A stretch of DNA of 64,000 nt from an uncultured Calditrichaceae bacterium. GTDB lineage: Bacteria > Calditrichota > Calditrichia > Calditrichales > Calditrichaceae. The notes below the pieces were generated by a model. The model saw only the letters and a list, made by a program, of their open reading frames with translations. It was not told the DNA's origin and ran no database searches. Shown here one piece after another: positions 10,185 through 20,518 of this stretch. The stretch lies in assembly GCA_964542915.1 (NCBI GenBank), contig CAZIVP010000019.1:1666-65665 (forward strand), given 5' to 3'. A program made the translations under genes and the position numbers. Every line of letters begins with the position of its first letter. The first letter of the stretch is position 1.

Positions 10185-10733
10185 ATGGAATCCCGTAATC
10201 CAAACTTTTTGAAGTATTCAGGTTATCTTCTGATGACCCTGCTCGTATTGTTAGCTTCTGACATACAAGCCCAGCCGAAGGCAACACACATTCTTTCAGA
10301 CAGCAGCGATCGCCCACAAAATCAATTTGATTTCTGGCTCGGCGAGTGGCAACTCCACTGGGATGACGGCGGTAAAGGCGGCAATACAATCACGAAAATC
10401 CTCGATGGGCAGGTGATCGTCGAACATTTCGACGGGAAAAATTCCATTGCCCTGCGCGGGATGAGTTTATCCGTTTACAATAATGACAAAGATGTGTGGC
10501 AACAAACCTGGGTGGATAATAATGGCAGTTATCTTACTTTTACCGGCGGCATGCGGGACGGGAAAATGATCTTACGCAGATCGAGCATAAAAGCGGGAAA
10601 ACGAATTCTGCAAAGGATGGTGTGGTATCATATTCGTCCCAATACGCTGGACTGGAACTGGGAACGCTCCACGGATAGCGGCCAGAACTGGAAAGTTCTT
10701 TGGAAAATACACTATCGACGTAAAGCAAAGTAG
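10185..10733 (+). CDS. Secreted DUF1579-like protein
   Basis: AGGAGG SD before ATG 10185; signal peptide; FDFWLGEW motif characteristic of the DUF1579 family. Confidence 0.5.
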   Translation: MESRNPNFLKYSGYLLMTLLVLLASDIQAQPKATHILSDSSDRPQNQFDFWLGEWQLHWDDGGKGGNTITKILDGQVIVEHFDGKNSIALRGMSLSVYNNDKDVWQQTWVDNNGSYLTFTGGMRDGKMILRRSSIKAGKRILQRMVWYHIRPNTLDWNWERSTDSGQNWKVLWKIHYRRKAK

Positions 10734-10786
10734 ACGGCCGCATTATGCATGGAAACACCTGTCTTTTTACAATTGCGGCGGCGCTG

Positions 10787-12256
10787 TTATTTGAGTAACA
10801 ACATCGATTTGGTGTCTGCAATTGTATTGCCGAGTATAAGGCGATAAAAATAGACGCCCGATCCGTATTGTCCTTCCTGCCATTGCACTTTATGAACGCC
10901 GGCATTTTTCCATTCATCGATCAGGGTTTGCAGTCGTTTTCCGGTAATATCGTACACGTTCAGTTTCACTCTTGCGCTGTTTTTTAAGCTAAAGGGAATG
11001 GTGGTGCCGCTGTTGAACGGATTGGGATAATTCTGATGCAGGGCAAAATCGGCCGGTGTTTTTGTGGACTCCCGCCCCAAGCCTGCAGGATCGGTTGGCT
11101 TAAAGCGGTAGATTCTGGAATCGTCGCCGTCAAAGGTACAAATATAGAGCTCATTCGCCTGGTCCGTACCGAAAGAAGATATGGAAAGGCCGGTATCGTT
11201 CAACAATTCATTGGACGGCTCGCCGCTTCCGTTGTATTGCAACGACCATATCTTACCCTGAACATAATCGGCGTAGATATATTTACCCTCCAGCTCTGGT
11301 ATCGTCGGGCCGCGGTACACATAGCCGCCGGTGATGGATTGACCCACGGAGTGGTCGTATTCCCAGACAGGTAATTCCAGTCCGGTCGTATCACAGTTTT
11401 CAGGCGGATCGTAGCAATGATTGCCTTCCATGATACGCCATCCGTAGTTTCCGCCGCTTTCAATAATATCCACTTCTTCATAATCGTACTGCCCCACATC
11501 GCCGGTCCACAACCGATCGGTGGCGGGGTCAAAGCTAAAACGCCAGGGATTGCGTAATCCGTAAGCATAGATCTCTTCGCGCCAGCCTTCGTCGTTGCCG
11601 GTAAATGGGTTATCGTCGGGAACGGCGTAATTTAATGCTCCTTCCTGATTATCCACATCAATGCGCAGGATACTGCCGAGCAACGTTTGCCGGTTTTGAC
11701 CGTTACCGATTTGCCCGTGATCATCGCCCGCGCCGCCGCCGTCGCCCAGCGCGATATATAAGTAACCCTCGGGACCGAAGGCAATTTGTCCGCCGTTGTG
11801 ATTGGATTCCGGCTGACCTACCGACAGTAACTCCAGTTCGCTGGAGGCATCGGCTTTATTTATATCGTTTTCTGAAACACTGAACCGGGAAATGACCGAA
11901 CGTCTACCCGGATCGGAAGTGGTATAGTCCACATAAAAATAGCCGTTCTCTTCATAGTTGGGATGGAAGGCCAGACCAAGCAGACCCATTTCGTTGCCGC
12001 TGTCGTCTACACTTTCTTTGATATCCAAGAACAGCGTCTTCTCTGTTGCGTTCGAATCATTGGGAAAGACATAAATGTTGCCCTGTTGTTCAACTACAAA
12101 GATACGATCCGTGCCGTCGCCCGCGTGTTGCAGATCAACAGGGCGGGTAAAGGAAAGGTTCGGAAACGCCTCTTTCAATTCGAATTGACTGATGCCCGGT
12201 GTGGAGCACCCCAAAATGATGAGCGATACGGTTACATATTGAAATAAACGAGCCAT
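10787..12256 (-). CDS. PQQ-dependent sugar (glucose/sorbosone) dehydrogenase, secreted, with T9SS C-terminal sorting domain
   Basis: GLLGLAFHPNYEENGYFYVDYT and HNGGQIAFGPEGYLYIALGDGG motifs of the soluble PQQ sugar dehydrogenase beta-propeller family; C-terminal ~80 aa (…KLNVYDITGKRLQTL…GVYFYRLIL…) resembles Por/T9SS secretion CTD. Confidence 0.85.
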   Translation of the reverse strand: MARLFQYVTVSLIILGCSTPGISQFELKEAFPNLSFTRPVDLQHAGDGTDRIFVVEQQGNIYVFPNDSNATEKTLFLDIKESVDDSGNEMGLLGLAFHPNYEENGYFYVDYTTSDPGRRSVISRFSVSENDINKADASSELELLSVGQPESNHNGGQIAFGPEGYLYIALGDGGGAGDDHGQIGNGQNRQTLLGSILRIDVDNQEGALNYAVPDDNPFTGNDEGWREEIYAYGLRNPWRFSFDPATDRLWTGDVGQYDYEEVDIIESGGNYGWRIMEGNHCYDPPENCDTTGLELPVWEYDHSVGQSITGGYVYRGPTIPELEGKYIYADYVQGKIWSLQYNGSGEPSNELLNDTGLSISSFGTDQANELYICTFDGDDSRIYRFKPTDPAGLGRESTKTPADFALHQNYPNPFNSGTTIPFSLKNSARVKLNVYDITGKRLQTLIDEWKNAGVHKVQWQEGQYGSGVYFYRLILGNTIADTKSMLLLK

Positions 12257-12531
12257 GCTCTTCCCCCTTATCTTTCACGCCTGAATATGCTCGATTAGAA
12301 CGAAAACAGCATGCTCCAAAATTTCGATACAGATGGCCCGGGCGATAGGAGGGCTGTCTCATGATTTATGAAAGGCGGCAAGGTAAACGAAGCACCCAAT
12401 TTTCTAAGGGCTCTTTTCTGATGCCGCTGTTAATGCAATAATAATACGTTTCGATTTGTTCGTCAATTCCATCATCTGCTAAATATTAATCAGGCTTTCG
12501 GCGGCACCGTGATTGAAACATTCATCGATTC

Positions 12532-13773
12532 TTACAAAAGAGATAAAGAAATGCCCAGTCCTTCAAAATAGGTATCGTTTAACGGCGATTGCGTGGTATA
12601 ACGGGTCTCCATATATTGAAGATTGATGTGCTCGGCCGCGAAATCGAGTATACCGGAATGCAGTTGTGCAGACAACCACTTAAAGACGCCCCTGCTGCTG
12701 AATAAAAATCCGTGCGTACGTTGAAAGGTGGGATATCCCGGCCCCTTAAAGCGTCCCTGGCTGTATTGGAACGTTTGCAGTAATTGAATACGCCAGCCCT
12801 GGTAAATCGTAACTTCGTTATTGCTTTTACCAAGAATCACATTATCCCATATACCGATTTTTCCGGGTACGTTTATATACTCGTTTTCATTATCGGCCGT
12901 GCGATTAACGAGCAGATCACGCGCTTCGTTGGACCAGTCGAATTGGATAAATCTCAGATTGAATCCGTGATAGCTTCGTTTAAGTCCAAATGAAAGCGCA
13001 TACCCCATACGCGCCTCTTTGGGCAACGCTCCTTTTGTTGTTACGTTTTGATATTTAATTTTATCGCCTTTGTTTGCCAGGCTGTAGCCCATTGAAAAAT
13101 CTAAAAACGGCTCCGAACCGTCAACCGGCGTAAAGGCATTATTACCTTCCTGCAGCATGGTATAGAGTTCAACAAGCGGAAGCGTCAATTGCAGACCAAA
13201 ATCCGAGGCGGCGGCATCTTCAAGATTGTTGGAGCTGGGCCCCAATTTCGACTGAATATCCTTGTAGGTATAACCGGCATTAAACCGGATAAAACGGTTA
13301 AAACCGATGCCCAATGAAAAAGCCTTATATTGTTCCCATGAGTGGAATGTGCCGATGGGGTTGCCTTCTGCATCGGTCCAGACGTTTTCCCCAAGATCCA
13401 GTTTTGTATCGATGTAACCAAAACCGAGTGTGAGGGGCATCATCGGAAAGATATGGTCCAGAGGGTATCCGACCGCTGCTGCCGTGCTTTGAAAGGTTAC
13501 TTCGCTGTAATCAAATTCGGGCAGCCAATCGGCCTTTTGCGGATAAAATTGGATTGCAAAAGTGTGCTCGCCGGAGAAATGACCCAGTTGCGCAGGATTA
13601 AAAAAGGGAGCAAAGGGATCGGCGCTGGGTAACGCCGTAAAGGCGCCGGCCATTGCGTTTACGTTGGGCCCCGGATGGATCAAAACAAAAGGAACGGCGG
13701 CCTCGCCCTGGGCGTATGAAGGTCGCCAGGATAAAAGCAGCAAAACAAGAACGGATATAAATAAACGAAACAT
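12532..13773 (-). CDS. Outer-membrane beta-barrel protein (possibly T9SS-associated, PorV/PorP-like)
   Basis: Signal peptide MFRLFISVLVLLLLSWRPSYAQG; alternating amphipathic beta-strand pattern, aromatic-rich; adjacent to a T9SS-CTD cargo gene. Confidence 0.4.
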   Translation of the reverse strand: MFRLFISVLVLLLLSWRPSYAQGEAAVPFVLIHPGPNVNAMAGAFTALPSADPFAPFFNPAQLGHFSGEHTFAIQFYPQKADWLPEFDYSEVTFQSTAAAVGYPLDHIFPMMPLTLGFGYIDTKLDLGENVWTDAEGNPIGTFHSWEQYKAFSLGIGFNRFIRFNAGYTYKDIQSKLGPSSNNLEDAAASDFGLQLTLPLVELYTMLQEGNNAFTPVDGSEPFLDFSMGYSLANKGDKIKYQNVTTKGALPKEARMGYALSFGLKRSYHGFNLRFIQFDWSNEARDLLVNRTADNENEYINVPGKIGIWDNVILGKSNNEVTIYQGWRIQLLQTFQYSQGRFKGPGYPTFQRTHGFLFSSRGVFKWLSAQLHSGILDFAAEHINLQYMETRYTTQSPLNDTYFEGLGISLSLL

Positions 13774-14039
13774 GATAATTCTCCCGATGTACCTTTATTG
13801 AATGGCTTCTGTCTGCCATATGACCAAAATGGATAGATTGGAGGCACCGAATCATTCACTGTCCGGAAAAACCGGTTATATCCCTATCACATCGGTTAAT
13901 CAGCTCCTCTCGGATACATTCATATATCAGTAATTTTATTGTATTCTCTAAGAATTGAGAAGACGGCTAATAGATACTATGCTCGAATTGTCTTACACTT
14001 CGCCTGCGACAACACCCGAACTATCCTGAATTGACTTTT

Positions 14040-17000
14040 TCAGACGTCGCCTTCCAGTACTTCGCGCACTTTTTGCGCCAGCTCGGGCGGTGAAAACGGC
14101 TTCTGGATCAGATGGACGCCTTTATCCAGAACGCCGTGTCTCACGATAGCGTTATCGGTGTAGCCGGACATATAACAGATTTTAATATCGGGATAGATTT
14201 CATGTATTTTCTTCGCCAATTCCTTGCCGGACATATTGGGCATAACCACATCGGTCAGTAGAAGATGAATGGTTTTGGTATACGATTTTGCAGCCTTCAG
14301 GGCTTGCACGCCTTCACTGGCCGAAATCAATTGATAGCCGTAGTTTTGCAGCGACTCTTCCACCAGGGTTCGTACCGCATCTTCATCTTCAACAACTAAT
14401 ATGGTTTCAGAGCCCCTCAAACTCCGGCGTGATTTAATATCGTCTTTGGGCACATCGGCTTCGGCTTCATCTTCCACTGCCGGTAAATAGATTCGGAAGG
14501 TGGTGCCTTTGCCGGGCTCGCTATAGACCCATATATGGCCGTCGCTTTGTTTCACAATCCCATACACCGTCGATAGGCCGAGCCCCGTACCTTCTCCGGT
14601 TTTCTTTGTCGTAAAGAAGGGCTCGAAAATACGTTGGCGCGTCTCCTTATCCATACCTTCACCGTTATCAGTGATAGCAAACATAACATAACGCCCGACT
14701 TTAACCCCTTCATGTTTTTTAACATACTCTTCATCCAGCAGAATACGCTTGGTCTCGATCGTCAGTTTACCGCCGGATGGCAGGGCGTCGCGGGCGTTGA
14801 CGGCAAGGTTCATAATAATTTGCTCAATCTGGCCGGAATCGGCTTTTATGGTAGTTGATTCCGAACAAAGCGAGGTGTACAAGTCGATATCTTCACCTAT
14901 TAATCGCTTCAGCATTTTTTCGGTATTGGCAATCAAATCGTTCAGATTTAAGACCACCGGTTGCATTACCTGTCTGCGGCTGAACGCCAAAAGCTGATCG
15001 GTCAGGCTAGTGGCGCGTTGCCCTGCCTGCCGGATTTGCTGCAGTTTGTCAAACATAGCATTTTCAGGTTTCAAGGTAGCCATCAGCAAGTCCGTATATC
15101 CGTTAATGACCGTTAAGAGGTTGTTAAAGTCGTGGGCAACGCCGCCCGCCAGTTTACCAACCGCTTCCATCTTCTGGGATTGACGCAATTGCTCTTCCAG
15201 TTTTTTCTTATCGCTGATGTCTGTTTTAATACCGATAAAATGTTTAATTTGTCCGTTTTGATCGTAAACCGGCGTAATCGTTTCTTCTTCATTATAAAGC
15301 GTGCCGTCTTTTCGTTTGTTAACCAACTCATTACGCCACACCTTGCCGGCCAGTATGGTCTGCCACAGCTCCTTATAAAAGGCGTCATCCTGTTTACTGG
15401 ATTTCAGCAATTCGCTGGGATTTTTTCCTAACGCTTCGTCTTCCCTATAACCGGTTAATTGCGTAAATGCGCGGTTTACCCACTCGATATTGCCCTCACG
15501 ATCGGTAATGAGTACGGCATTAGCGGCGGAATTCAGTGCTTTATCGCGCAGTAACAGAGCCGCTTCGGACTGTTTGCGTTTGGTTATATCACGAAAAATC
15601 GCAAGCACTTGCGGCGGTTCGCCCGGAATATCCACAAAGGTATTGGCCACTTCGAACCAGCGTACTTCGCCGTTGTGTAATTCGAAGGCATTTTCAATGA
15701 TGTCCGGGATCGTACGTTTTTTAAATCGTTCGCAATGTTTTTGCAGGATTCGCTCCCGATCCCGTTTATAAATGATTGATAGGGGATTACCCACTAATTG
15801 CGAACGCTCTTTGCCGACCATGGCGCAGAAAGCATCGTTGACGGCTGTAATGATTCCGTTCGAATCGGTGAGTCGCATGCCGTCCTTTGCACTGCGCCAG
15901 ATTTGCTGGAATTTCACTTCGGCCCTGCGGCGCGCTGTCATGTCCCTGGCCATCACTAATCGCGCATCGCGATTTTCATACGATATTCGGTGCGAACTGA
16001 TCTCTACAAAAATAATGCTGCCGTCTTTTCGTTTATGACGCCATATACCCGCCTGATTGATCGTTGCGGTTGTACGAGCAACATCTTCTTCCAAAGCCTT
16101 TAAGTCTTCCTCAGGACGGATTTCTTTGATCGTCATATTGAGAAATTCCTCCCGGGAATAGCCATAATGATCGACGGCCGCATCATTGACCATGAGAAAT
16201 TGTAAACTTTGATTGTCGTACACCCACATGGGCACGGGATTATTTTCAAACAGATACTTGTAGTGTTGTTCACTCCGTATGATAGCCTCTTCCGCCTGCT
16301 TACGCTCCGTGATATCGCGTACAAACACCAGAGCGCCGTTTTGTTCCTTATACTCGAAAGGGACGGCCGAAACCTCAACAGGGATGACCTTATTTTTAAG
16401 GGTTACCATCGCCTCTTCGGTGCTTTCAACTTCCCGTTGTTCTTCGTTCAGTACACGTATGCGTTCAAGCACCTGTTCGTGATAATCTGAGTGAAAATGA
16501 TCCAGGACATTCTTTCCGATCAAATCGTCTGCGGACGGCGCTTCCAAAAGACGAATGCAAGCATCATTCACATAGGCAAATTGATGTTTGGTTTGCACAA
16601 AAATGGCATCGGGTGCGTTTTCTACGAGGGAGCGAAAGCGTTGCTCGCTTTCATGGAGCGCCGATTCCGCCGCTTTGCGCTTTGTTTCGTCTTCAATGAT
16701 ACCCAATCCCGCTAATATTTCATTATTATGGTCACGAATGCCCGTAAATATCGCTTTAACATAGGTTTGTTTCTTTGCCGTGACCGACTTGTAAAGCCCT
16801 TCGTGGTAGGCATATCCGCTACTGAGCGATTCATTAACCGCCGCGATGATGGCCTTATCCTCTAACCGTTCCGGCATATTAAGGCCGATCAAGACATCGC
16901 GGGAAGAGCCTATGATCTGAACAAAAGCTTCATTGCACTCCGTAATAACGCCCTGTGTATCGTAATAAAAAAAGCCGACGGGCGACTGGTTAAAAATAGT

Positions 17001-18845
17001 GCGGAAACGCTCTTCACTCTCCCGTAAGGCTTTTTCGGAGGCAATCCGATCGGAAACATCTCTGATGAGTCCAATGAAACCAAGCACTTTTTCTTCATCA
17101 TCCCTCAAATAAAAGACATTGGTTTCACCCGGGAATGTGGCGCCGTTCTTTTTTTTATAATGTACGGTGAATAGAAATTCGTTGCCTTTAAAGTTATCTT
17201 TTATAGCTCTTCCCATCGCTTCAAATTCTGCCTCACTGGCATAAACCGTAACGGTTTTTTTACCTTTGATCTCATCGAAAGAATAACCAAATAAGTCGAT
17301 AAAGGCACGATTACAATCAATGATATTTCGATTTGTATCGGCAACTAAAATCGCATCACGGATACTATTGTAGAGCGAGCGGTATTTTTTCTCACTGTCT
17401 GCGATTTGCCTGAGCATTGTACGTTCCGTGGTTTGATCACTGAAAACCAGTACTACGCCGACAATGTTTCCCTTTTTGTCTTTAATCGGGGCGCCGCTAT
17501 CGGCAATCGGAATTTCCCTGCCGTCCCTGGAAATCAACAATGTGTGATTCGCCAACCCTACGATCATCCCCTGTTTCAATACTTTTTGAACGGGGTTTTC
17601 AACCGGCTCTTGTGTGTATTCGTTAATTATTCTGAACACCTTCTCCAGCTTCTTACCGTAGGCCTGTGATTCACGCCAGCCCGTCAATTTTTGCGCTACC
17701 GGATTGAGATTTTTTACAATTCCTTTCTTGTCGGTTGTGATAACCGCATCGCCGATGCTGTAAAGCGTCGTTTTATATTCTTCCTGGGTTTCCCATAAAT
17801 TTTTGTACATGTTTCGCTGCCGGTAATTGTAGACAGAGACCGTACCAATTACGACCATCAAAATAAAAAGGAAGGTGAAAAGTATAATATAAATGCTTGT
17901 TTCATATAAGCCTTCCAAAATTTCATTTTTATCGACCTTTGCGATGAGGTACCAGGGCGTCATCTTAATGGGACTGATTTGTGCAAGAACCTCCGATCCG
18001 CGATAATCGATACCTTCCCATATGCCTTCAAAACCGGATACCGCCTGGACCGCCGGCACGTTCTTTTCCTGCAATGAGATTTTAAAGTTAAGGGCGGTAT
18101 CGTTGCGATGCCGCAAATGATTAAGGAATAAGACGCTGTCCCCTTCCTGGCGCACCAACAGAGTTTCCGATGTTTTCGAAGGGACGGGCCAGGATTGTAT
18201 GTCAGGATAAATTTGAACGTTGGGATCGATTCTGAATACAATAACAGCCACGGGATTATTGGAGTCATCGCGGATGGTTGCTAAAAAATCGATGTGGATG
18301 GTTTTATGAGTAGCACATGCGTAAAGATCCGTTGACCAACTTGTTGCCTGCTGGTACCTTAGACGGATATTCTCTATCAGCGCTGAATCGACACGCACTT
18401 TATCCGGCTCCGAATGCAAAAATGGCTGACCTTCAATCGATAATAACAGGATGTCATTTAGATTATGCTCCGTTTTCAAAACGTTTATAAATCGGCGCAC
18501 CATCGCACGATTCGTTTCGGTTCTGTTTCCCAGCCAGTTTATTATTTGTTTCTTCAAAAATGGGTTGGATGCGATCATTTCCGCATCATGCAATTCATCC
18601 TGATACCAATGGGCGATTTGTGCAACCTTCAATTTTGCTATAGATTCGAGTTGCTTTTGCTTTTCTCTGCGGATGTGCATTTCTTCGTAGCGATAGTAGA
18701 CATATCCCGACAATAAAATCAGCAAGCTTAAAGCAAACGATATTAAAATGACATGAGATTTCTTGGTGAAAATTCCTTGCCTTATCTTTTCCATAAGCAC
18801 ACGCTCTATCAAGCATTCGTTAATTGCGCCTATCGACACGGTCAA
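14040..18845 (-). CDS. Multi-sensor hybrid histidine kinase (2 TM + periplasmic sensor, ~7 PAS/PAC domains, HisKA, HATPase, C-terminal REC)
   Basis: Two TM helices flanking ~280-aa periplasmic domain; repeated PAS signatures; H-box AHDFNNLLTVI; ATPase G-boxes; C-terminal receiver ILVVEDEDAV...LLLTDVVMP. Confidence 0.85.
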   Translation of the reverse strand: MTVSIGAINECLIERVLMEKIRQGIFTKKSHVILISFALSLLILLSGYVYYRYEEMHIRREKQKQLESIAKLKVAQIAHWYQDELHDAEMIASNPFLKKQIINWLGNRTETNRAMVRRFINVLKTEHNLNDILLLSIEGQPFLHSEPDKVRVDSALIENIRLRYQQATSWSTDLYACATHKTIHIDFLATIRDDSNNPVAVIVFRIDPNVQIYPDIQSWPVPSKTSETLLVRQEGDSVLFLNHLRHRNDTALNFKISLQEKNVPAVQAVSGFEGIWEGIDYRGSEVLAQISPIKMTPWYLIAKVDKNEILEGLYETSIYIILFTFLFILMVVIGTVSVYNYRQRNMYKNLWETQEEYKTTLYSIGDAVITTDKKGIVKNLNPVAQKLTGWRESQAYGKKLEKVFRIINEYTQEPVENPVQKVLKQGMIVGLANHTLLISRDGREIPIADSGAPIKDKKGNIVGVVLVFSDQTTERTMLRQIADSEKKYRSLYNSIRDAILVADTNRNIIDCNRAFIDLFGYSFDEIKGKKTVTVYASEAEFEAMGRAIKDNFKGNEFLFTVHYKKKNGATFPGETNVFYLRDDEEKVLGFIGLIRDVSDRIASEKALRESEERFRTIFNQSPVGFFYYDTQGVITECNEAFVQIIGSSRDVLIGLNMPERLEDKAIIAAVNESLSSGYAYHEGLYKSVTAKKQTYVKAIFTGIRDHNNEILAGLGIIEDETKRKAAESALHESEQRFRSLVENAPDAIFVQTKHQFAYVNDACIRLLEAPSADDLIGKNVLDHFHSDYHEQVLERIRVLNEEQREVESTEEAMVTLKNKVIPVEVSAVPFEYKEQNGALVFVRDITERKQAEEAIIRSEQHYKYLFENNPVPMWVYDNQSLQFLMVNDAAVDHYGYSREEFLNMTIKEIRPEEDLKALEEDVARTTATINQAGIWRHKRKDGSIIFVEISSHRISYENRDARLVMARDMTARRRAEVKFQQIWRSAKDGMRLTDSNGIITAVNDAFCAMVGKERSQLVGNPLSIIYKRDRERILQKHCERFKKRTIPDIIENAFELHNGEVRWFEVANTFVDIPGEPPQVLAIFRDITKRKQSEAALLLRDKALNSAANAVLITDREGNIEWVNRAFTQLTGYREDEALGKNPSELLKSSKQDDAFYKELWQTILAGKVWRNELVNKRKDGTLYNEEETITPVYDQNGQIKHFIGIKTDISDKKKLEEQLRQSQKMEAVGKLAGGVAHDFNNLLTVINGYTDLLMATLKPENAMFDKLQQIRQAGQRATSLTDQLLAFSRRQVMQPVVLNLNDLIANTEKMLKRLIGEDIDLYTSLCSESTTIKADSGQIEQIIMNLAVNARDALPSGGKLTIETKRILLDEEYVKKHEGVKVGRYVMFAITDNGEGMDKETRQRIFEPFFTTKKTGEGTGLGLSTVYGIVKQSDGHIWVYSEPGKGTTFRIYLPAVEDEAEADVPKDDIKSRRSLRGSETILVVEDEDAVRTLVEESLQNYGYQLISASEGVQALKAAKSYTKTIHLLLTDVVMPNMSGKELAKKIHEIYPDIKICYMSGYTDNAIVRHGVLDKGVHLIQKPFSPPELAQKVREVLEGDV

Positions 18846-19242
18846 GTTTATGACGATGTCATTATCGGCCTTTGCTTAAATAAATTGAACGATTAATTAT
18901 CCATATCGCGGACTTGCATGCTTTTGATACCCCTTCATCTATTTATAAAGTGCAAAAAACGGCCGGATAATAGCGTGCGCATCCCTATCAACTCGGTTCG
19001 TCCAAACGTATATAAAAAGCGTTTTCATGGTTCGACTCAAAAAGTATAGATTGCCTGAAGTAAAATAAATGTTAAAAAGTGTTAATTCAAGATTAATGTT
19101 ACATGTTATCTTTTTCAAGACAATGGAAATTAATTTAAGGGCGTTTACCGGCGCCTTTTTTTGAGTCATTATACATTTTAAAATGGTGTGGCTTTACCGA
19201 TGTCCGGAATTAGTGCTCATTCATGGACCGTACAGCGTCATT

Positions 19243-20229
19243 TTAGTTGAAGAGTAGTATGAATTGCTCAAACATATTATCCTGGAATTGCCCCATCATT
19301 TCTTTTTTCATCAGACACAGCGCATCAAAAGGCTTCAACTTCTTTTTATAGGGGCGCCTGGATGTCAACGCGCCATAGACATCCGCGATACTGCAAATGC
19401 GTCCGTAAACATGAATTTCCGGTCCTTTCAATCCCAGAGGATAACCACTGCCGTCAAAACGTTCGTGATGTTGCATGACGATAATCTTGGCCTCGTGACT
19501 TAACTGATTGGCCTCTCTTAGCAGCTTGTAGCCCTCTTCCGGATGTTTCCGCATTTCATGCATTTCGGCTTCGCTTAATTTTCCGGGCTTGTTCAAAATA
19601 TTTTCATCAATAGCGACTTTACCGATATCATGCAGAAAAAAACCGGCGCCGAGTTCGTGCAGATCATGTATGCTGGTATTTCGGAATAATGCTTTACTTA
19701 ATAATATAGCCAGGAATCCCACATTGATTGAATGCGTATAGGTGTAATAATCGTAGCGCGTCAGTTGCAATAAATAGTCCGAAAATAAATCATCGGCCAG
19801 AATCAAATCCACTATCTCCGTTGCGGCTTCCTTGAATTGTTGAATATTCTCCATTGTAGGACTTTTCCTTAATTGCTCCATAATCTCAATGGAGATTTTG
19901 TAAATGTCCCAGGCTTTTTGCTGATAAGGTAGTTTTTTTTCATGAACGGTGTTTTTCAATATTTCAACATTTTTTTGATAATTCTGATCTATATTCGATT
20001 CAGGCAGAACTTCATTATCCTTGCACAACTCCCGCCTTTCAATGAAATTCTTCGGATTTATTTCATCAACAATTTCCACGCACCGAATACCATGCGCTTT
20101 TAATTTTTTAATTTGTTTAGTTGAGACAATTTGGAAGCGGTTTCTTAAAAAAGGATGTTTGTACCACGAAATTGGTATTTTAATATGCATACCAATTTTC
20201 AGATCGTTTGTTTTTATAATTTTGCCCAT
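19243..20229 (-). CDS. HD-GYP domain c-di-GMP phosphodiesterase with N-terminal DUF3391-like domain
   Basis: HD motif FLHDIGK and HHERFDGSGYPLGL (HD-GYP signature); N-terminal L-K-I-GM-x-I-x-I-P-x-SW-x-x-HPF pattern typical of DUF3391. Confidence 0.8.
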   Translation of the reverse strand: MGKIIKTNDLKIGMHIKIPISWYKHPFLRNRFQIVSTKQIKKLKAHGIRCVEIVDEINPKNFIERRELCKDNEVLPESNIDQNYQKNVEILKNTVHEKKLPYQQKAWDIYKISIEIMEQLRKSPTMENIQQFKEAATEIVDLILADDLFSDYLLQLTRYDYYTYTHSINVGFLAILLSKALFRNTSIHDLHELGAGFFLHDIGKVAIDENILNKPGKLSEAEMHEMRKHPEEGYKLLREANQLSHEAKIIVMQHHERFDGSGYPLGLKGPEIHVYGRICSIADVYGALTSRRPYKKKLKPFDALCLMKKEMMGQFQDNMFEQFILLFN

Positions 20230-20518
20230 TAGTCGACCCTGAAACGATACTTATCCATCCCAAAAAATATTTAAAGTAAGCATTTAATGATGCATCAATA
20301 TTTCGGGAGTCACACCGTTCATATTGGTTCCATCATTTATGTCCGATTCATATCGACGTCGAATAAGCTATATAATGGATACGACTTTGTATTCTCATTT
20401 TAGTCAAGTGCCGAAACGCTTTATATATCCTTATAGAATAATACGTTTTGGTATGGTTCTTACGTTCACTTTACCATAACGTATTTTAAATACTCGACTA
20501 ATCAAGCTTTCACATGAG

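Noticed and set aside
15132-16715. Several 70-100-aa ORFs on + strand inside the giant kinase gene
   Set aside because: Antisense to a continuous 1601-aa ORF with clear PAS/HisKA/HATPase/REC domains.
18846-19242. Hairpin GGCG-TTTACCGG-CGCC followed by T7 at ~19148-19172
   Set aside because: Oriented as a + strand terminator but no + strand gene precedes it. The stem is only 4 bp. Possibly the end of an sRNA, but evidence is too thin to call.
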